From Candidatus Electronema halotolerans (GTDB taxonomy: Bacteria > Desulfobacterota > Desulfobulbia > Desulfobulbales > Desulfobulbaceae): a DNA stretch of 32,000 nt. Each line of letters begins with the position of its first letter. Position 1 is the stretch's first letter. The notes below the pieces were generated by a model. It searched no databases. It saw only the letters and a list, made by a program, of their open reading frames with translations, and was not told the origin of the DNA. Where the stretch lies: contig OW818675.1 of the NCBI GenBank assembly GCA_942493095.1, forward strand, positions 30,001 through 62,000, written 5' to 3'. Positions 18,849 through 27,895 of the stretch are shown here, piece after piece. The position numbers were made by a program, and so were the translations under genes.

Positions 18849-20054
18849 ATGACTGCGGACAAGGCATTGGCGCAGGTTCGGAAGCAGGAGGCAGCGGAAC
18901 GGCATGAGGCGAGGCAGATTGCAGCCAAAAAATCACCTCCAAAGGAGGCAAGATGTCCAAAATGCGGCCATGTCCAGAAATTATCCGAAGAATGTGAAAG
19001 CTGCGGCTTGATATTTTCTAAATATTATTTGGCGCGGGCCAGAAAGCGCGAAGCAGCGAAACAGGAGGCTGCAAGGCAGGCTGAAGATGCCGAGAGTGAG
19101 GAGAATAAAGAAAATGATAGGAATGTCTCATGGAAGCGCATTTTGCTTGTTGTTGCCATCATAGTCATTGGTAACAGGATTTTTGCAGAAATGTATGTTT
19201 ATTATAAAAATAAAGCAATAGAAAGAGAGTACGAGAACAGCCAAGGAGGGCCAATCTCTTTGACGCTGGCAAAATTCAACGATCCGAAAAACTTCCTTGA
19301 AAAAGCTCGGAATGCAACAGTTTTTATTGAGACATCTTGGGGGTCTGGTTCTGGATTTTTCATAAACGATAAATGCAGCATTATTACCAACAGACATGTC
19401 GTGGAGCCTGACGAGGAGGAAAAAGAGAATCTCCGTAAAGAAGTTAATGCGTTGCGATACAAGGTGAGGATAGATCGATACGATGTTTCGAGATTTGAAA
19501 GCAATGTCAGGAGGAGTTTCGGCACTGCGGACTTTGAAGAAAAGAGAGATGCCCTTGATATAATGAAAAGAGTTCTGAGCGAGAACGAGGAACTGCTCAA
19601 GGAGGCCGAAGAAAGGTACGAGAACATGAGAACAAATGCTCATTTCGCCAAGGTTTTTTTGATAAATGGACAAAAGTATTTTGTTCATTCCCGTTCTTTC
19701 AGCAAGGAATATGATCTCGCTCTGCTGTCAATAATTGGAATTGGTTCTCCTTTTATCACACCAAGAATAAAAAAGAAAGATCGTGGCGACAAGGTGTTCA
19801 CTATCGGCAACCCTGTGGGACTGCGGCATACGGTCACGTCAGGCATCATATCAGGATACCAGGAATATGAAGGAAGAAAATATATTCAAACTGATGCGCC
19901 GATAAATCCCGGCAACAGCGGCGGGCCGCTTATCGATGAATCTGGATATGTCATTGGCGTGAACACAATGGTTATTGACAAAACAGAAGGAATAGGCTTT
20001 GCCATTCCCATAGAAGAAGTGCTCAACCAGTTCCCCTCTGTAAAAATGCCGTAA
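18849..20054 (+). CDS. Membrane-anchored trypsin-like (S1C/HtrA-like) serine protease with N-terminal zinc ribbon
   Basis: [25 protein letters not shown] zinc ribbon, TM segment [11 protein letters not shown], catalytic H (ITNRHVV), D (EYDLALL), S ([21 protein letters not shown]). Start uncertain; the ORF extends to 18699. Confidence 0.85.
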   Translation: MTADKALAQVRKQEAAERHEARQIAAKKSPPKEARCPKCGHVQKLSEECESCGLIFSKYYLARARKREAAKQEAARQAEDAESEENKENDRNVSWKRILLVVAIIVIGNRIFAEMYVYYKNKAIEREYENSQGGPISLTLAKFNDPKNFLEKARNATVFIETSWGSGSGFFINDKCSIITNRHVVEPDEEEKENLRKEVNALRYKVRIDRYDVSRFESNVRRSFGTADFEEKRDALDIMKRVLSENEELLKEAEERYENMRTNAHFAKVFLINGQKYFVHSRSFSKEYDLALLSIIGIGSPFITPRIKKKDRGDKVFTIGNPVGLRHTVTSGIISGYQEYEGRKYIQTDAPINPGNSGGPLIDESGYVIGVNTMVIDKTEGIGFAIPIEEVLNQFPSVKMP

Positions 20055-20097
20055 CTTGCATGAGCGAACAACAAGGCACTGCAAAACAATTGATCCC

Positions 20098-21879
20098 ATG
20101 AATGCCAAAGTAAAACTCTTTCTGCCCGGAGAAAACTCCGCCTTTATTCTCGTTTCAGCCCTGATCGGCCTGCTGGCCGGGGTCTTCATCATTGTTTTCC
20201 GGGAAGCGGTGGAGCTGGTTCATTATTTTATCTTTGAGCAGGGCCATGAACTGCTGCGAATTGACGCGGGCGGCTGGCATGTCCTTCTGCTGCCCCTGCT
20301 GCCCATGTCCGGCATGGCCCTGCTGATCCCGCTCTCCCTGCTTTTTCCCGGCAAGGTCAACGGCTACGGCTTCACCAAGTTCCTGCGCAAGGTCAATTTG
20401 GAAAACGGGGTCATCAAGGCCAAGAATATTTTCATCAAGATTGCCGCCACCGCCCTGACCATCGGCACGGGCAACTCAGCCGGGGTGGAAGGTCCCATCG
20501 GCCAGATCGGCGGGGCCATCGGCTCCCAGTTCGGTCAGCGGCTGCGGGTTTCCGGCAGGCGGATGAAAGTCTATATCGCCGCAGGCTGCGCAGGCGGCGT
20601 GGCAGGCATTTTCAACGCCCCGATTGCCGGGGTTTTTTTCGCTGCGGAAATCGTGCTGCTGGGCAGCTACGGCATCTCCTCCTTTTCCGGGCTGGTGGTG
20701 GCCTCAGCCATGTCAACGGTGGTCTCGCGAGCCTATTACGGCGGAACCCCTGCTTTCCCCATCCCGGATTATCATATTGTCAATCCAGTGGTTGAGCTGC
20801 CGCTCTACACGATCATGGCCCTGCTCATCGGCCTCTTGGCAGTGCTGCACATCCGCTTTTTTTATTATGTCCGGGACTGCTTCCGCAAAATGCCGATTCA
20901 TGAACAGCTCAGGCCGATCTTTGGCGCGTTTTGTGTCGGCTGCATCGGCGTGCTTTTTCCCCAAGTGCTGGGCGACGGCTATGAATACATTGAGGAGGTG
21001 CTCTATGGCGGCGGCCTGCCTTTGACAATGGCGGCCCTGATTTTTCTCAAATCCATTGCCACCGCGATCACGCTTGGCTCCGGCGGCGCAGGCGGTGTCT
21101 TTGCCCCAGCCCTGTTCATCGGCGCAGCAATCGGCGGGGCCTTTGGCTGGCTGGTCCATTATCTCATGCCGACCCTGACCGCCTCTTCAGGAGCCTACGC
21201 CACAGTGGGGATTGGCGCCTTTCTCGCCGCCTCCACCCATGCGCCGATGACCGCCATTTTTCTGCTTTTTGAGATGACCGGCAATTATCTGATCATTATT
21301 CCGGTCATGCTGACCGCCATACTCGGCACAGTCACGGCCCACAAGTTTTACAATGACTCGATTGACACGGTCGATTTCACCCGTGAAGGCATTGACATTC
21401 ATGAAGGCTGGGAGGTGGCGGTGCTCAAATCGATCAAAGTGGGCAAGGCGATCAGCGAGGATGTGGATTTCATCAGCGAAACCGCCAACATCAACCATCT
21501 GCTCAACTTGTTCGCCATTGCCAGGGAATCGCTCTATTTCCCGGTGGTCAATCATGTCGGCAGAATGGTGGGCGTGGTTTCGATGCAGGATGTGAAGACC
21601 ATCCTCCATGACGAGGAGCAGCGCTGCTGTCATCTTGTCGGGGCAATCTGCAGCCGGGATGTGATCAGCCTGACCCCGGAGGATAATCTCTACGACGCGA
21701 TCCGGCTCTTTGATGTCAAGGGCATTGAGGAAATTCCTGTGGTGGAGAGCATGGAAGATCAGTGGGTGCTGGGCATGCTCCGGCGGCGGGATGTGATTTC
21801 CGTCTATAACCGGGAGGTGCTGCGCCGGGGCATCAGCGAAAAGGCTGAGGAAATCAGAATCCTTTGCGCGACATCATGA
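20098..21879 (+). CDS. ClC-family chloride channel/transporter with C-terminal CBS domains
   Basis: GNSAGVEGPIGQIGGAIGSQFGQ, GCAGGVAGIFNAPIAGVFFAAEI, GSGGAGGVFAPALFIGAAIGGAFG, AASTHAPMTAIFLLFEMTGNY plus two CBS-like segments. Confidence 0.95.
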   Translation: MNAKVKLFLPGENSAFILVSALIGLLAGVFIIVFREAVELVHYFIFEQGHELLRIDAGGWHVLLLPLLPMSGMALLIPLSLLFPGKVNGYGFTKFLRKVNLENGVIKAKNIFIKIAATALTIGTGNSAGVEGPIGQIGGAIGSQFGQRLRVSGRRMKVYIAAGCAGGVAGIFNAPIAGVFFAAEIVLLGSYGISSFSGLVVASAMSTVVSRAYYGGTPAFPIPDYHIVNPVVELPLYTIMALLIGLLAVLHIRFFYYVRDCFRKMPIHEQLRPIFGAFCVGCIGVLFPQVLGDGYEYIEEVLYGGGLPLTMAALIFLKSIATAITLGSGGAGGVFAPALFIGAAIGGAFGWLVHYLMPTLTASSGAYATVGIGAFLAASTHAPMTAIFLLFEMTGNYLIIIPVMLTAILGTVTAHKFYNDSIDTVDFTREGIDIHEGWEVAVLKSIKVGKAISEDVDFISETANINHLLNLFAIARESLYFPVVNHVGRMVGVVSMQDVKTILHDEEQRCCHLVGAICSRDVISLTPEDNLYDAIRLFDVKGIEEIPVVESMEDQWVLGMLRRRDVISVYNREVLRRGISEKAEEIRILCATS

Positions 21880-22259
21880 TGAAGATCACCCTGTTTTCCT
21901 TTGGCTTCAAGCACGGCGGCCCGGCAGCGGACATGGTCTTGGATGTCCGCTTTCTGCCCAATCCCTACTGGGTGCCGGAGCTGAAGGAGCACACTGGTCT
22001 TGAAGAGCCAGTGGCGGCATACATTTTGGAAAGCGCGGCAGGCCGGGAATTTCTTGACCGGCTGCATTCCTTTCTGGTCTTCATGCTGGACAAGCACCGG
22101 CAGGCAGGCCGTGAGGAATTCGCCTGCGCCATTGGCTGCACCGGCGGCAGGCATCGTTCCGTGGCCGTGACTGAACATCTGCGGCAGGCTCTTGCCGCAC
22201 CGCCGCATTCCGATGAGCAGCAATGGACTGTTTTTCATCGGGATATCGATAAACAATAA
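21876..22259 (+). CDS. Stand-alone RapZ C-terminal-domain-like protein
   Basis: ITLFSFGFKHGGPAADMVLDVRFLPNPYWVPELKEHTG...FACAIGCTGGRHRSVAVTEHL matches the RapZ/YvcJ C-terminal domain, without the N-terminal P-loop half. Confidence 0.88.
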   Translation: MMKITLFSFGFKHGGPAADMVLDVRFLPNPYWVPELKEHTGLEEPVAAYILESAAGREFLDRLHSFLVFMLDKHRQAGREEFACAIGCTGGRHRSVAVTEHLRQALAAPPHSDEQQWTVFHRDIDKQ

Positions 22260-22346
22260 TGTTCTTGCGCTGACTGTTCCATTCAGCCGCCGGATTTCCG
22301 GCAGGAGCCGCCGGGCCGCTGCGCTGAATTCAGTTCTGGCCCGCTT

Positions 22347-23294
22347 TCAGGCGGCAAACAGCTCCTCCAGCGAGGCGGCTGTGAAGACTTTGCTCATCCA
22401 CTGCCGGAGCTGCTCCACAGAGGCCAGCCGCACCCGCGTGCGCAATTCCTCCGGCAGCGGCCCGAATTTTTCCTCGGCAAGCAGGAGCAGGCTTTCCGCC
22501 ATGCCTGCGGTTTTGCCTTCAGCAACGCCCTCCGCACGGCCTTTTGCCAGACCTTTCTCCAAGCCTTTTTCCATGCCCTTCTCCTCAGCGGAGGCGATCT
22601 TGCTCTCCACATCCATCAGGGCGCGCATCCGGGTCTCATAGACTAACCGCTCCTCCTCGTTGAACATCCGGTCCACCGCCTCCATAGCCTTGAGAATGCT
22701 GCGGTCAGCGGCCATTGTCTCAGGCATTTCGTTCCGCCGCAGCTCGTGCGCCTTGGTGAGAAAGGCGGCCCAGCGGTCGAGCGGCTTGACTAAGTCGGCA
22801 AAGTCTTTCCTGAACTTGCGCAGCTCGATGTAATGCAGCTCAAAGATGTCATGCAGCCCGTCGTCCTTGCAGCTGGCCGTGTTGATGATTTTGTACAGGC
22901 TGTGAAATTCCTCATCGCCCGGCACGAAGTTGAAGTCGAGGATGCTGATGCAGACGGTCTTTTGCAGGGTTTTGTACATCTGCCCCTCGGTGAGCTGCTC
23001 TCTGACCAATTTGGCCCAGTAATAGATGGCCCGCTTGTCGAAATACAAATCCTCGCTGATCTGCATCTCGACATTGAACCAGCGGCCCTTCCGGTCAACA
23101 GCCTTGATGTCCAAGATGGACATCTTGCCCGCCTGATAGTCGGCCAAGCTGTAGGGATTGCGCAGGGTCACGTCCGCGACCTGATCCTCCTCAGAAACCA
23201 CCGCGTTGATCAGGGAGATGAGCAGATCCTTGTTCTCTTCGCTGCCGAAGAGCTTTTTAAAGGCGAAATCAACTCTGGGGTTTATCCGGCACAT
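22347..23294 (-). CDS. Rpn family recombination-promoting nuclease / PD-(D/E)XK nuclease family transposase
   Basis: INPRVDFAFKKLFGSEENKDLLISLINAVV...LDIKAVDRKGRWFNVEMQISEDLYFDKRAIYYWAKLVREQLTEGQMYKTLQKTVCISILDFNF. Confidence 0.93.
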   Translation of the reverse strand: MCRINPRVDFAFKKLFGSEENKDLLISLINAVVSEEDQVADVTLRNPYSLADYQAGKMSILDIKAVDRKGRWFNVEMQISEDLYFDKRAIYYWAKLVREQLTEGQMYKTLQKTVCISILDFNFVPGDEEFHSLYKIINTASCKDDGLHDIFELHYIELRKFRKDFADLVKPLDRWAAFLTKAHELRRNEMPETMAADRSILKAMEAVDRMFNEEERLVYETRMRALMDVESKIASAEEKGMEKGLEKGLAKGRAEGVAEGKTAGMAESLLLLAEEKFGPLPEELRTRVRLASVEQLRQWMSKVFTAASLEELFAA

Positions 23295-23648
23295 TTTTTT
23301 TGCCTCCGCTTGCTGAAGCCTGTTTTTCATGGAAAACTGCGTGCAGCAGTATAGGCGCAAAGCCGGACAATCTCAAGGGGGAAACGTCGGAATTCAGTGA
23401 ACCAGACGTTCTAGTTTAGACTTGCTTTATTGCGGCGCAACGCATTATAATATATGCCATCCTGTGTTTTTGAGACTCAAAGCCAAAGAGTGCCCCTTCT
23501 GTGCCGTGGCAGCATGCTGAAACGGGACTTTTGTTCAACCAAAGTGAAGTTCATGCGCCGCAGAAAGGGAATTCCAGCGAAAAAAAACAGCGGGCGGAAA
23601 AGAAAATCTTGACAGCCGCGCTGAAATCGGGCATATTTGTCCTGCCGT

Positions 23649-23735
23649 GCCGAAGTGGCGGAATTGGTAGACGCGCTAGGTTCAGGGTCTAGTGAGCGTA
23701 CGCTTGTGGGAGTTCGACTCTCCCCTTCGGCACCA
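23649..23735 (+). tRNA. tRNA-Leu, anticodon CAG, CCA encoded
   Basis: Acceptor GCCGAAG/CTTCGGC, discriminator A plus CCA; anticodon stem CUAGG/UCUAG with loop UUCAGGG; TTCGACTC T-loop; long variable arm GAGCGTACGCTTG. Confidence 0.97.
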
Positions 23736-23750
23736 TTTAAGTCAGATATG

Positions 23751-23792
23751 CAGGGCTTTGATATTGCTAGTGAATATCAAAGCCCTGTTTTT
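23751..23792 (+). terminator. Rho-independent terminator downstream of tRNA-Leu
   Basis: CAGGGCTTTGATATT-gctagtg-AATATCAAAGCCCTG followed by TTTTT: perfect 15-bp stem. Confidence 0.92.
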
Positions 23793-23812
23793 ATTTCCAG
23801 CGGCTTTTCCTG

Positions 23813-23822
23813 CCTCTCCTTC
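23813..23822 (+). repeat. Left 10-bp target site duplication of the IS element (CCTCTCCTTC)
   Basis: Identical decamer at 25087..25096, immediately outside both IS ends. Confidence 0.92.
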
Positions 23823-25086
23823 CTTACCATCCATCACTTTTCTTGACAGAGCTTGAACGCCGGAGTAAAAAGATTGAAAAAACAATTCGTTTATTCAAAC
23901 TCTGTGAAATATGAGCACGATCAGTCATCTGGCAGAGGAAATCTCGTCCGGCCTGCGGGACGTTTTGCCCGGAATTAACAGGAATCCTCTGCGCAAGTTA
24001 AGCTTGTGCGCGGCGGCGGTTTTGGAAGTTCAGAGTTGCAATACTATGGACATGGCGGCTGTCCTTCCGCTGGAAACAGAACGGATTGACATGCGATATC
24101 AGTGGTTAAGCCGTTTCCTGAGCACAGACTCAATCGACAATGATGATGCGATGCGGCCTTTCATCCGTCAGGCATTGGAGACGGCCTCCGCTTCGGGAGA
24201 AACGCTGATTCTGTGCATTGACCAGACGCAGCTATCCGACCGTTTCGGCATTCTTTCGCTGTCATTGCGCTTCGGCGGTCGGGCCCTGCCTCTGCTATGG
24301 CGGGTCCGAAAAGGACAGGGCAATATCGGCTCGGATATCTGCATGGAACTTCTTGAAAAAATAAAATCATTCCTTCCAGAGGGCAGCAGAGTGCTGCTGC
24401 TCGGCGACCGTTTTTACGGTCAAGCGCCGCTGATTGCATTCTGCCACCGCAGCGGCTGGGATTATCGGCTCCGCCTCAAGGAAAATCTTAAAGTTTTCAA
24501 TGAGGCCGGCGATGAGACATCTCTTGCGGACCTTGTTCCTGCTGAAAAGAAAGGTCGCAAGGAACTGTTTATGAAAAATATTTATCTGACAGAACAGCGG
24601 GTTCAGACAAATTTAAGCATTCTCCAGGAGCCGGGACATGATGAGCCTTGGCTGCTGGCAGTCGGAGGAACTGAGCCAAATTATTATAAAACACTTGATT
24701 ACGGCATGCGCTGGGGATGCGAGGCCATGTTCAGCGATTTCAAAACCAGGGGGTTCGGTTTGGAGGACACAAAACTGGAGCGCGCCGACAGAATCGCCAG
24801 ACTGATGCTGATCCTCTCGGTCGCCATGCACTGGTGCGTACTCGCCGGACTCCGCGACAGGATGCGGAACCCGCTTCCAAGAGAAAAAAAACTGAAAATT
24901 TCGGATTTGACGACGTTGCCGACAAGGATGCGGAACAGCATGAGCTGCCGCCAGTCGTCAGAAAAACTTGGAGAAGTGTCTGTTCTTATTTCAAAAGAGG
25001 ACTCAGGCTGCTCAGAAGATACGCTCAGATGCTCCGTCCCCTGCCTCCCTTGTTTTTTACATTGCGAAAAAGTGATGGATGGTAAG
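23823..25086 (+). mobile_element. IS4-family-like insertion sequence, 1264 bp
   Basis: 19-bp perfect terminal inverted repeats CTTACCATCCATCACTTTT (23823..23841) / AAAAGTGATGGATGGTAAG (25068..25086), flanked by a 10-bp direct duplication, enclosing a DDE transposase ORF. Confidence 0.93.
23911..25085 (+). CDS. IS4-type DDE transposase, continuous only via a -1 shift at A8 (24884..24891)
   Basis: LILCIDQTQLSD, VLLLGDRFYGQ, WDYRLRLKENL, WGCEAMFSDFKTRGFGLEDTKLE motifs in frame 0. The -1 frame continues as FDDVADKDAEQHELPPVVRKTWRSVCSYFKRGLRLLRRYAQMLRPLPPLF...DGW with its stop inside the right IR. Confidence 0.8.
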
Positions 25087-25096
25087 CCTCTCCTTC
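25087..25096 (+). repeat. Right 10-bp target site duplication of the IS element
   Basis: CCTCTCCTTC, identical to 23813..23822. Confidence 0.92.
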
Positions 25097-25137
25097 TCGA
25101 AGATCGATCCTTTCAGGTTTGTAACGTATCTGTCTTT

Positions 25138-25659
25138 CTACAGCTCCAGCTCACAGACTTCAGGAAGGTGTCTGTACTGCTGGGCATAGTCCAGTCCGTA
25201 GCCGACCAGGAAGCCCTTGTCGATCTGAAAGCCGACATATTCCAGCTCCACCTCTGTTTTCCGCCGTTCCCGCTTGTCGATCAAGGTGCAGATGCTGACC
25301 GAGGCAGTCTGATGCCGGGCGGCAAAATACTGGCGCAGCCAAGCTGTGGTGATGCCGCTGTCAACAATGTCCTCGACCAGCAAAATGTGCTTGCCTGCCA
25401 GCTCCAGTTCCGGCCCTTTGCGCAGGGTGACCATGCCGCTGCTTTCCGCCTTATTGCCATAGCTGGCCACGCGGATGAAATCTATTTCCACCTCCAGCTC
25501 CACAGTCCGGGCCAGATCAGCCAGAAAAACAAACGCGCCATTGAGGATGCCGACCAGCACCAGCTTTTTTCCCTGATAGTCCGCGCTGATCTGGCGGCCA
25601 AGCTCCATGACCCGGTCCGCAATTTCAGCACGGCTTAGAATAGTTGCCGCAATGCGCAT
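25138..25659 (-). CDS. hpt: Hypoxanthine phosphoribosyltransferase
   Basis: LVLVGILNGAFVFLADLAR, EIDFIRVASYG, HILLVEDIVDSGITTAWL PRPP-binding motif, FQIDKGFLVGYGLDYAQQYRHLPEV. Confidence 0.95.
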   Translation of the reverse strand: MRIAATILSRAEIADRVMELGRQISADYQGKKLVLVGILNGAFVFLADLARTVELEVEIDFIRVASYGNKAESSGMVTLRKGPELELAGKHILLVEDIVDSGITTAWLRQYFAARHQTASVSICTLIDKRERRKTEVELEYVGFQIDKGFLVGYGLDYAQQYRHLPEVCELEL

Positions 25660-25815
25660 CTTCGCCTCCTTTGCAAAAGTAACGTGAGAAAGATGCCTGC
25701 ATCCTAAACCGGGTGCTGCGGAATGCCAAGCGGAAAAATGTTGACAGCAGCCAGCGGAGCAGGTAAACGATGGATTCGGATCAACCATGAATCATTCTCC
25801 CAGCCGTTTTCAGCC

Positions 25816-26148
25816 ATGCGTCAATATCTTCTCGATGAGCTTTCTTTTCTTGAACACGACAACGTGGAGCATTATCTCAGGCGCAGCCTCAAGCGTGGCC
25901 CCATTGAAGGGGTCTATTGGCTGGAGCTGCCGCAGGAACTGCTCGCCCCGCCCCAGCTCGCCCACCCGGACTGCAGCCCGTTTTATTTTTCCGTGATTTT
26001 GGAGCCAAGCGAACTGCGGGCCGAATTTCTCGTGCGCAGCTCGCACAACATGCGCTGCTCCTGCATTGCTTGGGCCACTGCCGCCCAGCGGCAATTTGTG
26101 CTGGACTACATTGACAAACTGCTGCAAGAGGAGTTTATTGCAGTATGA
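25816..26148 (+). CDS. Conserved hypothetical protein
   Basis: ORF starting MRQYLLDELSFLEHDNVEHYLRRSL...GVYWLELPQELL; protein-like composition, and located between hpt and an exported protein gene. Confidence 0.65.
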   Translation: MRQYLLDELSFLEHDNVEHYLRRSLKRGPIEGVYWLELPQELLAPPQLAHPDCSPFYFSVILEPSELRAEFLVRSSHNMRCSCIAWATAAQRQFVLDYIDKLLQEEFIAV

Positions 26149-26191
26149 GGAGAAGAAAATTTCTTGCAACATATTTTCACAGGAGCTTGTG

Positions 26192-26821
26192 ATGAAAAAA
26201 TCTCTATTAATGCCTGCGGGCTGCACCGCCTTGTTTTTGCTGTCCTCTGCTGCGGCTTGGGCTGCGCCGGGACCGTATTTGAGCATGAACGGCGGCGTGG
26301 CAATCTTGGATGACGGCGACGCGAAAGGGCCAAAAGGAACCGTGGAAATGGAGTCTGATCCCGGCTTGGCCTTGGCTGGTGCGGCTGGCTATGACTTTGG
26401 CAACAATCTCAGACTGGAAGCTGAAGTCGGCTATCAGAAGAACGATATTGACAAAGTAGGCCTCCGGGGCGGGACGCGGGGCACCGCCTCTTCTGGCGAC
26501 ACCTCCAGTGTTTCCGGCCTGCTCAACGGCTACTATGATTTTGTTAATCAGAGCAGACTGACCCCTTTTGTCAGCGCAGGAGTTGGCGTGATGAAAGTGT
26601 CCCTCAGCGACCTCAACCTGCCCGGCACTGGTTTTGATGAGGGCTTGGATGGCACGGCGGTCGCCTGGCAGGCTGGCGGCGGGGTCAGTTATGCAGTCAA
26701 CTACGGTGTGGCTGTTGATCTCAAATACCGCTACATGAATGCTGTGGATTTGGAAGTGGATGGCGCGGAGCTTGATTACTCTGGCCACAATGTCTATGGC
26801 GGCATCAGGGCCTCCTTCTGA
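26192..26821 (+). CDS. Outer membrane beta-barrel protein (OmpW/opacity-like)
   Basis: Signal peptide MKKSLLMPAGCTALFLLSSAAAWA; GYDFGNNLRLEAEVGYQ, TPFVSAGVGVMKV, AWQAGGGVSYAVNYGVAVDLKYRYM, C-terminal YGGIRASF. Confidence 0.88.
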   Translation: MKKSLLMPAGCTALFLLSSAAAWAAPGPYLSMNGGVAILDDGDAKGPKGTVEMESDPGLALAGAAGYDFGNNLRLEAEVGYQKNDIDKVGLRGGTRGTASSGDTSSVSGLLNGYYDFVNQSRLTPFVSAGVGVMKVSLSDLNLPGTGFDEGLDGTAVAWQAGGGVSYAVNYGVAVDLKYRYMNAVDLEVDGAELDYSGHNVYGGIRASF

Positions 26822-26983
26822 TCCGCCCTGCTGACACCCCGTCTGCCGGTCGGGCGGGGTGAACATCTGCGCCTGACAAAACGAGCTGAAAAAATAAGAA
26901 AAAGTCCTTGAGTATAGCTCCAGCTTCCTATACAATAAGGCCGCAACTGTTATTGGGCTTTTCTTTCACGCGGAGGGAACATC

Positions 26984-27640
26984 ATGACCAAGCTGCCTGC
27001 TGTTGCCGTTTTTTTTGCTGCCGCTGCCGTTCTGAGCGGCTGCCAGCCCCAGAACTATTACACTAATTGCCCTGTAGAGCCGTCTTGGACAAGAGGAGAT
27101 TATTATTCCACTTCCAGCGGCTGGGCAGAGACCTATCCTGACGATGTCTATGTGGATGACAGCGTTTATGTTGATTCATCCGCAGATGATGTTTATGTCG
27201 ATGACAACACCTATGTTGACAATGGGCATTACGTTGATGACAGCAGCGTCATTGTTGATGACGGATATGTTGACGATGGCTACAGCTATCAGGATTCGAC
27301 CTATTACGACGATCCGGGGGTGGAGGAGTATTATCCGTCCAGCAGCTCGTATTATCCATCGTCCTCTTCATCCTATTATTTTCCCTCATCAAGCTACAAC
27401 GATCCGGGAGTGGAGGAATATTATCCCTCCGACAGCTCGTATTATGCACCGTCCTCTTCATACGTTCCCTCGTCAAACAGCAGCATGTACTATTCGCCTT
27501 GGTCCCGGCCTTCTGTGTCCTATCCTTCTCCCACGTGGAAGAACAGATTTATAGGGCAGCAGCCGTCAATGTATTTTTATCCATCAGGCAACTCGAACAG
27601 CATGCCGAACTGGCAGCAGGCGTATCCGTATTACTACTGA
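26984..27640 (+). CDS. Repetitive Tyr/Ser/Asp/Val-rich lipoprotein
   Basis: MTKLPAVAVFFAAAAVLSGCQ lipobox; low-complexity repeats VYVDDSVYVDSSADDVYVDDNTYVDNG and DPGVEEYYPSxSSYY. Confidence 0.75.
   Translation: MTKLPAVAVFFAAAAVLSGCQPQNYYTNCPVEPSWTRGDYYSTSSGWAETYPDDVYVDDSVYVDSSADDVYVDDNTYVDNGHYVDDSSVIVDDGYVDDGYSYQDSTYYDDPGVEEYYPSSSSYYPSSSSSYYFPSSSYNDPGVEEYYPSDSSYYAPSSSYVPSSNSSMYYSPWSRPSVSYPSPTWKNRFIGQQPSMYFYPSGNSNSMPNWQQAYPYYY
27305..27470 (+). repeat. Internal direct repeat, 90-bp period
   Basis: gatccgggGgtggaggaGtattatcc at about 27311 and gatccgggAgtggaggaAtattatcc at about 27401; two copies of the YxDPGVEEYYPSxSSYY...PSSSS unit. Confidence 0.85.
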
Positions 27641-27739
27641 CAGGGAAGCAGGGGATTTTTTCTTGAGTCCTGCCCGGCGGCTGGCTATAATGAGTCCTAT
27701 TGTCCCTTCACTTCAACCCCCTTTTCAGGAGGTCATGCT

Positions 27740-27895
27740 ATGAAGACAGGAAAAATGCTGCTGAAACTGACTGCCCTGCTCGGCCTGTTGGGCTTGAGCG
27801 GCTGTTACTATTACGGCCCGCCTCCTCCTCCGGTTCACGGACCAGCAGTTATTGTTCCGGCTCCGCCGCCACCACCGCCAATCATTATGCCCTGA
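27740..27895 (+). CDS. Small Pro-rich lipoprotein (51 aa), below the ORF-track cutoff
   Basis: Translation MKTGKMLLKLTALLGLLGLSGCYYYGPPPPPVHGPAVIVPAPPPPPPIIMP; lipobox LSGC; AGGAGG upstream. Confidence 0.8.
   Translation: MKTGKMLLKLTALLGLLGLSGCYYYGPPPPPVHGPAVIVPAPPPPPPIIMP

Noticed and set aside
19128-19688. 186-aa minus-strand ORF
   Set aside because: Antisense to the protease gene; no recognisable motif.
25086-25638. C-terminal extension of the 575-aa transposase ORF (23911..25638)
   Set aside because: Frame-0 readthrough past the IS right end, antisense to hpt; it is not a real transposase tail.
26835-26861. CACCCCG...CGGGGTG GC-rich inverted repeat after the barrel protein
   Set aside because: Plausible hairpin but no T tract in either direction; too weak to call as a terminator.
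26207-26935. 242-aa minus-strand ORF
   Set aside because: Antisense to the signal-peptide-bearing outer membrane protein at 26192..26821.
27144-27554. Met/Thr/Ile/Pro-rich 136-aa ORF
   Set aside because: Alternative frame of the repetitive lipoprotein gene; its repeats merely reflect the underlying DNA repeat.
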